From the IMG/VR virus record IMGVR_UViG_3300024518_002718, positions 1-39,332 of that record: DNA of 39,332 bases, one strand, 5' to 3'. The notes under the pieces are model-generated. The model did not search any database. It worked only from the letters and a program-made list of their open reading frames with translations, and had not been told where the DNA came from. Numbering within the stretch: the stretch's first letter is position 1; each line of letters begins with the position of its first letter. The stretch is from a virus (taxonomy: Duplodnaviria > Caudoviricetes). The position numbers were made by a program, and so were the translations under genes. Below, piece after piece: positions 23,583 to 33,826 of the stretch.

Positions 23583-25298
23583 ATGTTTAAGCAGGGCGAT
23601 TTTCAGGTAGCGCAAGGCACGACGCCAGAGCAACTGGCGCGCAAGCGTCAAGCAATTCGAGATATGGTGTCCAAGTACGGAACGGCCCGATACACGGGGC
23701 AGGGATTAGCCCATATGCTCACAGGGGCACTGAACGGGTTCAAGGAACACAAATACGGCAAATACGAGGGCGAACAGCAATCGGCTGCGAATGAGGGTTT
23801 CGACGCTGCGACCGGAACAGAGGGCTATGAGGCCGCGCTTGCGAACCCATGGACTACGCCCGAGCAAAAGAGCGTCATTGCCATGCGGATGCAGCGGGAC
23901 GCACAGGAGGCCGCTTTGGCGCGTCAGCAGGCGGCGCAGGCCCGATCGGCGGGCGCAGCTTCGGCGGCAGACGCGAAGGCAGCCGCAGAGCGTCAGGCGT
24001 CCATGGATCTTGTGTCGCAGTTTTTCACGCAAGGAATGGGCGGTCAGGGTGGCGGTCAGGGTGGCCCCGCACCCATGGCGCCACCAACACGTCAGGCGGC
24101 GGCCATGCAGGCCTACGGTGGTCCGACCATGGGCGCTGCGCAGGCGCTTGCAGGCGGTCAGGGCATGGACACGATCAACGGCAACTCCGGGGCGGATGTG
24201 CTTGGCGTTGGTGGCGATACGCTGGGCGGCGGGATGTCTGACGATGTGTCTAGCCCCGCGCAACAGCTATCGGCTTTCGATGCCTATAATGGCTACAAGT
24301 CAAGCGAACCCGCACCGATGCCGCAACCCGCACCACTTCCCGAAGTGATGGCCCCCAAACCCGCACCGATGGCAGCGCCGCGGTTCGACCCGCAGATGGC
24401 GGCTCAGATCATCATGAACCCGAGCATCCCGAAGGAAATCAAAGAGCAGGTCATGGCGATGGCCTTTCCGCAGGAGGGGCCGCAGTTCCGCGTTGCCACT
24501 CCCCAAGAGGCGCAGGCGTATGGCGCTAAGTCGGGCCAGTTTGACACAGAGACGGGGCGGTTTTATCCGGGGAAAGACGCGCCATCCAGTGAGGCGCAAA
24601 TTCAGCGGATCATGTCAACTGGTGTTGACCGCGAGACGGCCATTGGAATTGCAGATGGCGTGATTGTTGCCGATAGAGATCCTCTGACCAGAGAGGTCAG
24701 TCTACTTAACAAGGCGACTGGCGAACGGTATTCAGCCCCGGCACAGGCCGCCGCAGCGCCGCAGAGCGCGCCTGAACCTGACGCGCTGTCGTTCGGCATG
24801 GAAATACCATCGGGCGGTGATGCTGCGTTCGGCCTTAAAGGTTTGGGCGCCAATATCGCCAACACGCTGACTGATGCGGTCGGCTTTGGTGAAGTCATGC
24901 CGGAAGCCGCAGAACACACAAGGTTCTTCAAGAACATCGAAGAGGATTTGCTGGTAGGCTTGTCTCAGGCATACGGGCGTCAACCTGCACAGGCGCTTAT
25001 GGAGCGCATCCGCAGCCTTATCCCCCAAGCTGGAACCCTTGAGGGCGCAGACCGCGCCAGAGGCGAATTGGAGCAGCTTGAGCGGCGCTTTGCGCGCGAC
25101 CTTGCCTTGACTGAGCGTCAAATGGAGCGGCGCATGGCACCCGATTCAAGGGCAGAGGCAGAGCAACGTCTAGCCGGGATCAACTCAACTCTTAGTATTA
25201 TCAGCGAAGCGCGACAGCGCCTTGGAGATCCAGCCACTTCTGCGGCACCCGGCAGCAACGTGACTTCGACAGGCCTGAAGTGGAAGATTGTTGAATGA
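23583..25298 (+). CDS. Internal virion/DNA ejection protein
   Basis: 571 aa, Ala/Gln/Gly-rich; RBS AGGAGG; position. Confidence 0.65.
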   Translation: MFKQGDFQVAQGTTPEQLARKRQAIRDMVSKYGTARYTGQGLAHMLTGALNGFKEHKYGKYEGEQQSAANEGFDAATGTEGYEAALANPWTTPEQKSVIAMRMQRDAQEAALARQQAAQARSAGAASAADAKAAAERQASMDLVSQFFTQGMGGQGGGQGGPAPMAPPTRQAAAMQAYGGPTMGAAQALAGGQGMDTINGNSGADVLGVGGDTLGGGMSDDVSSPAQQLSAFDAYNGYKSSEPAPMPQPAPLPEVMAPKPAPMAAPRFDPQMAAQIIMNPSIPKEIKEQVMAMAFPQEGPQFRVATPQEAQAYGAKSGQFDTETGRFYPGKDAPSSEAQIQRIMSTGVDRETAIGIADGVIVADRDPLTREVSLLNKATGERYSAPAQAAAAPQSAPEPDALSFGMEIPSGGDAAFGLKGLGANIANTLTDAVGFGEVMPEAAEHTRFFKNIEEDLLVGLSQAYGRQPAQALMERIRSLIPQAGTLEGADRARGELEQLERRFARDLALTERQMERRMAPDSRAEAEQRLAGINSTLSIISEARQRLGDPATSAAPGSNVTSTGLKWKIVE

Positions 25299-27946
25299 CC
25301 ATTATCGAAATTGAGGGCAAGCGCATTGAGGTTGGAGACGGCTTCAAATCCATGTCGCCCGAAGAGCAGGAGCGCACTGTAAACGATATTGCATCGCAAC
25401 TTCGGATCGGCGCTGCCCCGGCACCACAATCGTTCATGTCCAATGTGAACCGGGGCATTGCCGACAGCGTGGGCGGCGTTGTGGATTTTATCAACCCATT
25501 CGACAAGCCTCACTCGTTGAACCCGTTCCCCGATGGGACTGGTAGCGCTAAGGCGGGGTTGCAAAGCACAATGGCGGCTGGCGGCATTGACGTGGCGCAG
25601 GGCGAGCCTGACAGCCTGATGAACTCTTTTGCGCGAGGCAGTGGGGAAGCGGCAGGCGCGTTGCCTGCGGTCGCTCTGGGCGGCGCAGCGGCGGCGCGGG
25701 TGCCAGGCATGGTCGGCAATATGGCTGGAGACGTTATGACCAGCTTGGCATCAAAGCGCGGTCTTGTTGCTGAAATGTTGGCTGGTGGCATGTCAGGTTT
25801 TGCGCATGACGCGGCCAAAGATGCTGGCGCGCCTGAGTGGGTGCAGAACACAGCGGCGATTGCCGCGCCAATGAGCATTCCGGCGGCAGGGGCGGCAATC
25901 AAAGGCGTAGCGAAACGAACACCTGTGGGCGGATTTGCGCGAAGCGCTGCTAAGTCCGTCAAGGCCGCTGCGATGCCATACACAAAGTCAGGTGCGGAGG
26001 TGGTTGCTTCGCAGCGACTTGTTAATCTGGCTGGCGGTCCCAAGCGTGCCGAAGAACTGCGCAACATGATCAAGGGGGACAACCCCCTAGGGCTGACGCC
26101 TGCGCAGCAAACCGATGACCCAATGATGCTTTCCATTGAGCAGCTTGCAGCCCGAAACGATCAGGCTCTGAGGGCAAGGCTTGAGGCGCGCGAAAAGGCA
26201 GGCCGCGCCGCAGCGGTCGATGAGGTTTCCGTTCCCGGTGACATTGACGACACCCGCGCATTCTTCGAAGAAAACCGCCGCAAATTCGCTACGGAACTGC
26301 GCAAAAAGGCATCCGACGCGATCAAGCGCGCGCAGGCTGGCGTAGACGCGGTGGGGCAGCCATTGCGCACAGAAGAGGAAAATGCACTCGCGGTTTCCGA
26401 GCAAATCCGATTTGCTCTGGATGATGCCAAGATGCAGGAAGCGGAATTGTGGGCAGCCATTCCAAAAGGCGAAACGGTCGGAACCGGAGTTTCGCGCGCT
26501 TTCGTTGCCGACATTGTGGCGAAAACGCCGCGCGCGCAGCAGAACGACATTCCTAACATTCTTCGCACCCTCCTTTTTGATGAGGGCGGCTTTCAGGATG
26601 TGGAGACGGTCTCCGAGATGCACGGCCTATACTCGGAACTGCGCCGGATTGCGCGATCTGCCGTGGCCGGGAATGACAAGAACAACAACCTCGCCCGCAT
26701 CGCCAATGGTGCTGCCGATGCCATCCTTGAGGATCTTGGCGCGGTAGACGGGCTAACGACTGTTGGCCGTCAGATCAATAAAGCACGCGCGTTTTCTGCT
26801 GAAATGCACGCAACGTTTGATCAGGGTGAAGTTGGGCGGCTGTTGAAAAAAACGCTTGATGGTGACTTGTCGGTGGCCCCGGAATTGTCCCTGCAACGCA
26901 CAGTGGCGCGGCCAGGGGTTGCAGGATCGACGGCAGCGCGCGATATAGAGAAGGCAGCACCGGGGTCGGAGCGGTATATTGGCGACTTCCTTAAGCAGCA
27001 GTTTAGAGACGCGGTGTCGTCGCCTTCCGGTGAATTCACAAGCAAAAACGCGCAAGCGTTTCTTCGCCGAAATCAGCCGCTTCTTGACCGATACCCTTTG
27101 CTTAAGGGGGACATTGCCGATGCAGTCAAAGAGCGCGACGACGCAGCAGCGTTTGCCGCGCGCATCGAGGCTCGACTTGGCAGCCTCCAAAAGGCCCGCC
27201 TATCGGCTGGCGCAGCCCTCCTAGATGGCCCCCCGTCGCAGGCAATCAAGGCATTCACGAGCGCGCAAAACCCCGTCAGGGCGGCACGTCTACTCGCAAG
27301 CGAAGCGGCCAAAGACAAAACTGGCGCTGCTCTTTCTGGTCTTAAAAGCCTTCTTTCTGCTGAGTTGATCAAGAAGCCAACTGGTGAGGGAATAGAGGCT
27401 GCACTGAGTGACCCAAAGCTGAAAGCGGCTTTCCGGGTCATCTTCTCTCCTGAAGAAATTTCAAGAATGCGGACCATCGGGAGAGAGCTTGCCAAGCTGG
27501 ATCAATCTGCGGTGGCGGCACCCTCTATCGGGTCGAGCCTATCGGGTGCCTCAGCGAATAAGGTTTTGGAATATGCCGCGCGCATCGTCGCGGCAAGGCA
27601 CGGCGCAGACCTTGGCGGCAACGGTGCGGCAAGCCTCCAAACCGCACAGATGGCATCCAGCCGCATGAAGGAAATCATGGGGCGTCTAACCGCTGATAGA
27701 GCGTCTCAAATGCTTGCCGATGCTGTTGAAGATCCAGAATTGTTCCGTAGCCTTTTGTCTGACATTCGGAAGCCGAAAGACGAGGCGCGCATCGTAAGCA
27801 GCGCTTTGCCGTATCTTGTCGGGTCTATCTCTGCGGCGGATCTTAATTCTGAATCCGCAACCCAGCGCCTCGATGCCCTGATGGCCGGGGCAGGCGAACC
27901 CGATAATACAAAATCCATGCTGCGGTCGCTCATCAAGGGTGACTGA
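25295..27946 (+). CDS. Large internal virion/DNA ejection protein
   Basis: 883-aa Ala-rich helical ORF, ATGA-coupled. Confidence 0.65.
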   Translation: MTIIEIEGKRIEVGDGFKSMSPEEQERTVNDIASQLRIGAAPAPQSFMSNVNRGIADSVGGVVDFINPFDKPHSLNPFPDGTGSAKAGLQSTMAAGGIDVAQGEPDSLMNSFARGSGEAAGALPAVALGGAAAARVPGMVGNMAGDVMTSLASKRGLVAEMLAGGMSGFAHDAAKDAGAPEWVQNTAAIAAPMSIPAAGAAIKGVAKRTPVGGFARSAAKSVKAAAMPYTKSGAEVVASQRLVNLAGGPKRAEELRNMIKGDNPLGLTPAQQTDDPMMLSIEQLAARNDQALRARLEAREKAGRAAAVDEVSVPGDIDDTRAFFEENRRKFATELRKKASDAIKRAQAGVDAVGQPLRTEEENALAVSEQIRFALDDAKMQEAELWAAIPKGETVGTGVSRAFVADIVAKTPRAQQNDIPNILRTLLFDEGGFQDVETVSEMHGLYSELRRIARSAVAGNDKNNNLARIANGAADAILEDLGAVDGLTTVGRQINKARAFSAEMHATFDQGEVGRLLKKTLDGDLSVAPELSLQRTVARPGVAGSTAARDIEKAAPGSERYIGDFLKQQFRDAVSSPSGEFTSKNAQAFLRRNQPLLDRYPLLKGDIADAVKERDDAAAFAARIEARLGSLQKARLSAGAALLDGPPSQAIKAFTSAQNPVRAARLLASEAAKDKTGAALSGLKSLLSAELIKKPTGEGIEAALSDPKLKAAFRVIFSPEEISRMRTIGRELAKLDQSAVAAPSIGSSLSGASANKVLEYAARIVAARHGADLGGNGAASLQTAQMASSRMKEIMGRLTADRASQMLADAVEDPELFRSLLSDIRKPKDEARIVSSALPYLVGSISAADLNSESATQRLDALMAGAGEPDNTKSMLRSLIKGD

Positions 27947-27999
27947 CTGCCCGCCGATAAAGTCGGTACCCCCACACAAAATGTCAAGGAGCGCGGCCA

Positions 28000-28800
28000 A
28001 TGCCTCGTAGTGCGTCAGGCGTATTTTCCAAACCTGCTGGAACAACGGCGGTTTCTGGAACAACTATCGAAAGCGTGGACTTCAACAGCGTGATTGACGA
28101 TCTGGTGACAGACGCCAACGCCGCGCGGCCTATCTCAGCGGGCGGTACAGGCACCACCACAGCGGCGGGGGCGCGGACAGCGCTTGGCATCGCTAACGCC
28201 AATGGTGCGGCCATCATCACCGGAAACTGGCAGTTTCTGGGGACGATCGACATGACGGCAGCACCGGTCAGCCTGCGCCCAGGTGAAATCCAGAACGATG
28301 ACATTTCAGCGGAAACTATCAGCAACGGGAAATTTGCAGACGCTGGGCTGCGGTCTTTCGCCCAGGGCACGGCAACCGCCGCAAACAAGATCCCGTATTC
28401 AACGGCGGTGGACACATGGGGTGAGCTAGGTTTTCTTGATGAGGACGATCTGGCCAGCGACAGCGCAACAAGCATCCCCTCGCAGCAGTCTGTCAAGGCC
28501 TATGTGGACGCTGCCGCGGTGCTGACCATCGGTGTCAATCAATCATGGCAAGATATGTCGGGAAGCCGATCCGGCAGCAGTACCAGCTATCAAAATACCA
28601 CGTCACGCCCGATCATGGTCTGTATTCAAATGTCAAATACTGGATCACATGAGGTGCAGGTGTCTAGCGACAACACAACATGGATCACGCTAGGCGATGG
28701 AGACAGTGACGCAGGTTTGCCTCTGTCATTCATCGTGCCGTCGAATCATTACTACCGATACACAGGCGGCACTTATGCCCGCTGGACCGAACTAAGATAA
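28000..28800 (+). CDS. Tail fibre/tail adaptor protein
   Basis: MPR...G....P.GT..V.GTTI.S..FN....D; GGTG.TTA..AR.ALG; C-terminal IGVNQSWQD...YQNTT.RPI. Confidence 0.8.
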   Translation: MPRSASGVFSKPAGTTAVSGTTIESVDFNSVIDDLVTDANAARPISAGGTGTTTAAGARTALGIANANGAAIITGNWQFLGTIDMTAAPVSLRPGEIQNDDISAETISNGKFADAGLRSFAQGTATAANKIPYSTAVDTWGELGFLDEDDLASDSATSIPSQQSVKAYVDAAAVLTIGVNQSWQDMSGSRSGSSTSYQNTTSRPIMVCIQMSNTGSHEVQVSSDNTTWITLGDGDSDAGLPLSFIVPSNHYYRYTGGTYARWTELR

Positions 28801-28872
28801 TCCCCCCCGCCACTTTGATCTATCAAAACCGCGCCTTGCGCGGCCTGACCCGTTTGGACGGAGCCAAGACCA

Positions 28873-31167
28873 ATGGAATTCAAGACCTTCACGGCGCAAG
28901 ACACAACGGGCCGAGTGCTTCCGGCAGCGACAGCGAATGTCTACACGGCGGGCACGACCTCCCCTGCCACTGTGTATGATGAAAACGGCGTTGCGTTTTC
29001 TCAGCCCCTTACGGCTTCGGGATCTGGAGGCTTTGGCTTTGAGGCGGTCAATGGCGTTTACGATGTGGCCATTACTTCTGGCGTCGAAACCCAGACAATT
29101 CAAAACGTCCTGTTCTACGACCCGAACAACATCCAGAACAGCCGGTTTGTTGATCGGGCGTCTCTTGTTGCCGGATGGGCTGAGGATTCCGTTGCGGATG
29201 GTGTTTTGGTCTCAGACGGCACGGTATTTTATATTGCCGAAAGCGGATTGACCGTTATCTCCGATCTGCCGGGGCTGAGGCCTTTTGTTCCTGGCGGCTG
29301 GTGCTATTGCCAGCCCGAGCACTTTGGCGAAAACACATCCCCCGCCAGCACAAATATGACGGCAGCAATTCAGGCGGCGATCGACTATTGCGAGGCCAAC
29401 GGGACGGGAACGTTTGGGCAGGGCGCCGCTGTCGGGTTCAGCGCCACGCGCTACCTTGTGAGCGACACGGATGCTGACGGCTACGCGCTGACGATCACAA
29501 GCAGCGTCACCCTGCGCGGGCAGGGCAGCAATTCGTCGGCAATTTTCATAAACACTCCAACGGTCGTGACTGTCTACATCGGCAAGGGTGACACCGCCAT
29601 TCTGGCAGACACAACAAACGTCCAGCAGGTCCGGGGCGTCAAAATTGAAAACTTGCAGTTTTACCAAACCAGCGCCACCACGTCGCCAACGGCTGGGTGT
29701 CATATTCGCGTTGATCGCTCAATTGCGCATATTGAAAGCTGCGAACTGGTGAACCACCACAAAGGCATCGAGTTTCTGGGGAACCCGGAAAGCTGCCGGG
29801 TTACAAACTGCGACATCACGCAATCCAGCACCAGAGCGGTTCTGAATTTTGACGCACAAAGCGCGGGTTTCACCGCTGGTGAGACAGTGACGGGCGGAAC
29901 CTCCGGGGCGTCTGGTACGATCTATTCCGTAACAAGCGACGGCACCACGGGGCATCTTGAGTTGTCCAGCATGTCGGCTGCGCTTTTTGAGGACAACGAA
30001 ACAATCACTTCTGCGGGCGGTAGCGCCACGGCAAACGGCGTTTTGACAGGGAAAACAGGTTCTTGCGGGATTTTTATCGAGAGGCGTCAGGTCAATGAAA
30101 ACCTGCCGGGTGATGTCTACGAGGACAGCACGGATAGCCTGTTCTATGTCGAGCCGAACAGTGTCTTTATTGACAACTGCAACCTCCGAATGGGCGCGTC
30201 AGATCACCAATATGGTGGAGCGTATGCAGTCCGCGTGGGCGCGTGTGACGGCCTATATATCACAAATAGCCATCTTGCATGGGGGTACATCGCTGCCGTT
30301 GGGCTAATCCCCTCTCAGGCCAACATGAGTTTCACAGACGTTCGCATCGTTGGCGGCTTGATCGACCCCAAGCCAAATAAATCTTTGTATGGTGTGCTTC
30401 TTGAGGACGTTGGCGCTGTCGGAACTCTTACGATAGGGTCTATCAGCATATCTGATTGCTCTATTGCCGGAACGGTTCTGGATGGTGTTCGAGTAACTGC
30501 GGATGCGCGGCGCTTCCGGCTGGACAATGTGGATATTAAAGGGTGCGGGCGCTATGGTCTTATCGTGAATGATGCCAACATCAAAAACTTCAGCATGACG
30601 GACTGCGGTCTGTTCAATACGAATACCGCAGGCGGCACGGCGGCCATGGCCTACGTTGGAGGCTGTGACCGTGTGACCATTGCTGATTGCAGCTTTGATA
30701 CCGGGTATCGCGGCATCCAGCTTACTACGTCTTGCGACAGGGTTTCCATCACGGGTAATGTTTTTGACGGCATGACGAATAGCATCTCAATTTTTGTTCC
30801 ATCGGGGCTGACGGGTGAGGTGACAATTGCGAACAATGACATTGAGGAAAGCGCAACGCTTACCTCTGCGTCACGGTTGCACGTCCCGGCGGGCCTTGAG
30901 CGTATCCACATCACTGGAACAACGAACATCAACGAGATCCGGCAAGACCTGGGCGGCGCCGGCTATTCTGGTCAACGTGTCCTGGCGACATTCGCAGGCG
31001 CGTTGGACTTGGTAGATGATGCGACAGCCCCCGGCGGCGCTGTTGTGCCAAATCTGAGGATAGGCGCAGACTTTACGACTGCAACCGGGACCGTTGTTGA
31101 ACTGGTCTACGCGCCGGATGTCGAGGCTGGAAAGTACATCGTCGCAAGCACGCGAGCGAACGCATAA
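28873..31167 (+). CDS. Tailspike/receptor-binding protein with right-handed beta-helix (pectate-lyase-like)
   Basis: HFG......MTAAIQAAID, VTLRGQG, repeated I.NC/I.DC/I.GN rungs. Confidence 0.82.
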   Translation: MEFKTFTAQDTTGRVLPAATANVYTAGTTSPATVYDENGVAFSQPLTASGSGGFGFEAVNGVYDVAITSGVETQTIQNVLFYDPNNIQNSRFVDRASLVAGWAEDSVADGVLVSDGTVFYIAESGLTVISDLPGLRPFVPGGWCYCQPEHFGENTSPASTNMTAAIQAAIDYCEANGTGTFGQGAAVGFSATRYLVSDTDADGYALTITSSVTLRGQGSNSSAIFINTPTVVTVYIGKGDTAILADTTNVQQVRGVKIENLQFYQTSATTSPTAGCHIRVDRSIAHIESCELVNHHKGIEFLGNPESCRVTNCDITQSSTRAVLNFDAQSAGFTAGETVTGGTSGASGTIYSVTSDGTTGHLELSSMSAALFEDNETITSAGGSATANGVLTGKTGSCGIFIERRQVNENLPGDVYEDSTDSLFYVEPNSVFIDNCNLRMGASDHQYGGAYAVRVGACDGLYITNSHLAWGYIAAVGLIPSQANMSFTDVRIVGGLIDPKPNKSLYGVLLEDVGAVGTLTIGSISISDCSIAGTVLDGVRVTADARRFRLDNVDIKGCGRYGLIVNDANIKNFSMTDCGLFNTNTAGGTAAMAYVGGCDRVTIADCSFDTGYRGIQLTTSCDRVSITGNVFDGMTNSISIFVPSGLTGEVTIANNDIEESATLTSASRLHVPAGLERIHITGTTNINEIRQDLGGAGYSGQRVLATFAGALDLVDDATAPGGAVVPNLRIGADFTTATGTVVELVYAPDVEAGKYIVASTRANA

Positions 31168-31169
31168 CC

Positions 31170-31413
31170 GTAGCGCCTCGGGGCAGGGCTGGCACCCAAA
31201 TCCCCGAGGCTACCACCACGCTCAAAGGATAAAGCGCAATGGGTCATCAAAACATCGGGACGAGAGTGCGATTCCGCAAGCCTTGCAATTCGGGGAAGCC
31301 TGACAGGGTGCGGGGAACCTAGCCCCGGCACATCGGCAAAATTCCTTCGGGCTGAGCCTCAACCGTGTCGGGCGGTCGCATAACAACAACAACCCCGGCG
31401 GCAACTTTAGCCC
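31170..31413 (+). ncRNA. Candidate structured RNA between tailspike and lysis genes
   Basis: Stems 31175-83/31202-10, 31308-15/31323-31, 31349-56/31406-13, 31367-72/31394-99; ATAACAACAACAA loop. Confidence 0.4.
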
Positions 31414-31432
31414 ACTGTTACGGATACCCTAA

Positions 31433-31621
31433 ATGACAAATAAACCGCTCACTGACGATGAGGTGGAAAAGTTGCGCAAGATCCTAGATCAAGATGCCAA
31501 AATGCAATGGCTATGGTCTAGTCTGCGCCGCATTTCTGCTGGGGTTTTCGCATTAGCGGCGGTCCTTGTGGCGTTCAGAAATGACGTGTCTATCTTGATT
31601 CAATGGATTGTTGGGAAGTGA
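31433..31621 (+). CDS. Small membrane protein, holin/antiholin candidate
   Basis: One hydrophobic segment (ISAGVFALAAVLVAF); upstream of endolysin. Confidence 0.6.
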   Translation: MTNKPLTDDEVEKLRKILDQDAKMQWLWSSLRRISAGVFALAAVLVAFRNDVSILIQWIVGK

Positions 31622-32058
31622 TGAGCCAGAAACGCAAAGAATATCTTTTTCTGTGGGTTGCATTTGCGGCGCTATTAGGCGCTGCGGCGCAGTTCATTTT
31701 GAGTGATTGGATCAAAAATCCGGTTCCATATCGAAACGTGCAAGTTCAGTCCATCAGCTTCGCCGATAGCAGAATTTCCTTAGTGGCCAACTTTGAAAAA
31801 ACAGCCTGCATATTTGAGCGGCTAAACGCGATCGCAGGCGTTGCCGGGGAAACTCAGTTCCTCTATTGGGAAAACATAGACGCGACAGACACCGGGGATA
31901 GATCGGTCGGAACCCAAACCCTGCGCATAGCCATATCGGTTCTGGGCATTGATTACGACTGGATCGAAATACGCACGCGGCACGACTGCGATGGGACAAA
32001 GGCGGACAAGGTTTTTTACCGAATTTTGCCAGATGAAGTGAAGGATGGGACAGAATGA
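31621..32058 (+). CDS. Membrane-anchored protein with periplasmic domain, lysis cassette
   Basis: MSQKRKEY-LFLWVAFAALLGAAAQFIL then soluble domain with two Cys; TGATG-coupled. Confidence 0.65.
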   Translation: MSQKRKEYLFLWVAFAALLGAAAQFILSDWIKNPVPYRNVQVQSISFADSRISLVANFEKTACIFERLNAIAGVAGETQFLYWENIDATDTGDRSVGTQTLRIAISVLGIDYDWIEIRTRHDCDGTKADKVFYRILPDEVKDGTE

Positions 32059-32747
32059 AACTGACACAGCGGGCCATTGATCTGGTCAAAGAGTTCGAGG
32101 GAATGCGGCTGAAAGCCTACCTTGATCCGGTCGGAATTGTTACCATCGGATACGGCTATACCAACCGCGCGGGGTTCGGTCCCGGCGTCAAAATGGGCGA
32201 CGTGTGGACCGAGGAAAAGGCCGATGTGATGCTGGTGCAAGGGCTGAATTTGTTTGGCGACAAAATCAAGCCACACATCAAAGCGCCAATCACTGCCAAC
32301 CAATTCGGTGCTTTTGTTTCGCTGGCCTACAACATTGGCTGGCAATCGTTCATCAAATCCACCGCCCTGAAGCGGTTCAACGCTGGCGACACAAACGGCG
32401 CAGCTGAGGCGATGATGTGGTGGAACAAGGCTGGCGGCGAAGTGCTGCGGGGCCTGACTCGTCGCAGGCAGGCAGAGGTTGACCTATTTCTGTCAGAGCC
32501 ACGTGCGGCACATTCTGCCGGGGCATCGGTCAAGCCCGATCCAGAGCGCACCAGCCCAGCCAAGTCAACCACGCTGCAAGCGGCGGCTGGAGCGGCTGTG
32601 AGCGGCGCAGGTAGCGCGGCCTACGCTGTGGGGCAACTGGACAGCACAGCACAGACTGTCGTTGCTGTGGGGGCCGTTATAGCGGGGCTGTGCCTTGCGT
32701 GGATCATGCGCGAGCGGCTGCGCAAGTGGGCCGGAGGTGATCGGTGA
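32055..32747 (+). CDS. Endolysin, GH24 lysozyme with hydrophobic C-terminal extension
   Basis: FEG.RLKAYLDPVGIVTIGYG (E-8x-D-5x-T), NQFGAFVSLAYNIG, GLTRRR..E. Confidence 0.93.
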   Translation: MKLTQRAIDLVKEFEGMRLKAYLDPVGIVTIGYGYTNRAGFGPGVKMGDVWTEEKADVMLVQGLNLFGDKIKPHIKAPITANQFGAFVSLAYNIGWQSFIKSTALKRFNAGDTNGAAEAMMWWNKAGGEVLRGLTRRRQAEVDLFLSEPRAAHSAGASVKPDPERTSPAKSTTLQAAAGAAVSGAGSAAYAVGQLDSTAQTVVAVGAVIAGLCLAWIMRERLRKWAGGDR

Positions 32748-32962
32748 TGATTGATCTGCTTATCAGTATTGGCACAGTCGGTGCTGTCGGGCTTGCAGTC
32801 GGCTGGTGGGGCGGCCAGATGCGAGGCAAAGCCAACGAAAGGGCGAAACGAGATGCTGAAACATTGGAAGGGCTGGAGCGCGGGCGCGAGGCGATCGGCC
32901 ATGGTCGCGCTTCCGGCGCTACTCCTGATGAGCGGCTGCGCCTCAATGACAGTCAGTGGTGA
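32744..32962 (+). CDS. Inner-membrane spanin (Rz-like)
   Basis: N-terminal TM plus charged helix, after endolysin. Confidence 0.7.
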   Translation: MMIDLLISIGTVGAVGLAVGWWGGQMRGKANERAKRDAETLEGLERGREAIGHGRASGATPDERLRLNDSQW

Positions 32963-33086
32963 CGCGGGCTGCGTCAGCTATGCAGAGGCGCGCCTGACGA
33001 TGCCGCGTGAGGTGGCCGTAGGCTCTGGGCCGTGGGTGCAATGGGTCGCGGATACTGACGACAGAATGACAGGGGCGTGCAGATGA
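32853..33086 (+). CDS. Outer-membrane lipoprotein spanin (Rz1-like)
   Basis: Lipobox LLMSG-C; overlaps the i-spanin 3' end; start 32853 or 32901. Confidence 0.72.
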   Translation: MLKHWKGWSAGARRSAMVALPALLLMSGCASMTVSGDAGCVSYAEARLTMPREVAVGSGPWVQWVADTDDRMTGACR

Positions 33087-33826
33087 TCGGGATTGGATTA
33101 GGTCTAACGACACTACGGGGCGGATCTGTTTTCAACCCCGCTGATTTGTTCGGGGTGGGCGACAATGGCGCTATGTTCACTGTGTCCCCTGAAACCTGCT
33201 TTACAGACACTGCTCGCACAACTGCGGCAGGTGTTGGAGATCCGGTCGCGGGTCTGACCGATCTATCAGGTGGCGGCAATCACGGGTCGCAAGGCACGCT
33301 GGCAAACAGGCCAATCCTGCGTCAATCCGGCGCGCTGTACTATCTAGAATTCGATGGTGCGGGGGATTGGGTGGCAGTTACGACCGGAGGGCTGCTTGGT
33401 GAAACATGGGCGCATGTGGGCGGGTGGAACAGTACCGCAGGGCTACGCTTTTTTGCCACAAGCCAGTCATTTCAGGGGGCGCCGCGACAAGGGGCGGCAA
33501 TCACGGAATGGTACAACAGTTCCGGCTCGTTCGTTTCGATTGCGACAGTCAGCGCCGGGACGGACCATGTTCTGACAATCGAGCAGGCGTCAACTGTATC
33601 ATTGAGCGGGCGAGCCAATGGCGTGACGGGGTCAACCATCACCCCCGCAGACGACAGCGCAGCGGGGAACCAGGGGCTTGCATTAGGCTCGCAAAGCACC
33701 TCCGCCGGAACCAACGGTCTTTCCGGAAAATTCTGGGGCGGTGTTTGGATTGACCGGGCATTGACCGGTGCGGAGCGCGCCGCAACTGAGGCATACTTTG
33801 CGGATCTGGCGGGTGTGACGCTATGA
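33083..33826 (+). CDS. Putative head fibre/carbohydrate-binding protein
   Basis: N-terminal MIGIGLGL; GDPV....DLSG.GNH..Q.T...RP.L, LEFDG..D beta-sandwich pattern. Confidence 0.65.
   Translation: MIGIGLGLTTLRGGSVFNPADLFGVGDNGAMFTVSPETCFTDTARTTAAGVGDPVAGLTDLSGGGNHGSQGTLANRPILRQSGALYYLEFDGAGDWVAVTTGGLLGETWAHVGGWNSTAGLRFFATSQSFQGAPRQGAAITEWYNSSGSFVSIATVSAGTDHVLTIEQASTVSLSGRANGVTGSTITPADDSAAGNQGLALGSQSTSAGTNGLSGKFWGGVWIDRALTGAERAATEAYFADLAGVTL

Noticed and set aside
22431-23651. Long antisense ORFs (406 aa here; also 16282-16956, 36384-37109)
   Set aside because: Shadows of well-supported genes on the opposite strand in GC-rich DNA; no motifs
31380-31392. Diversity-generating retroelement template (AAC-rich) near the tailspike
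   Set aside because: No reverse transcriptase and no matching variable repeat found
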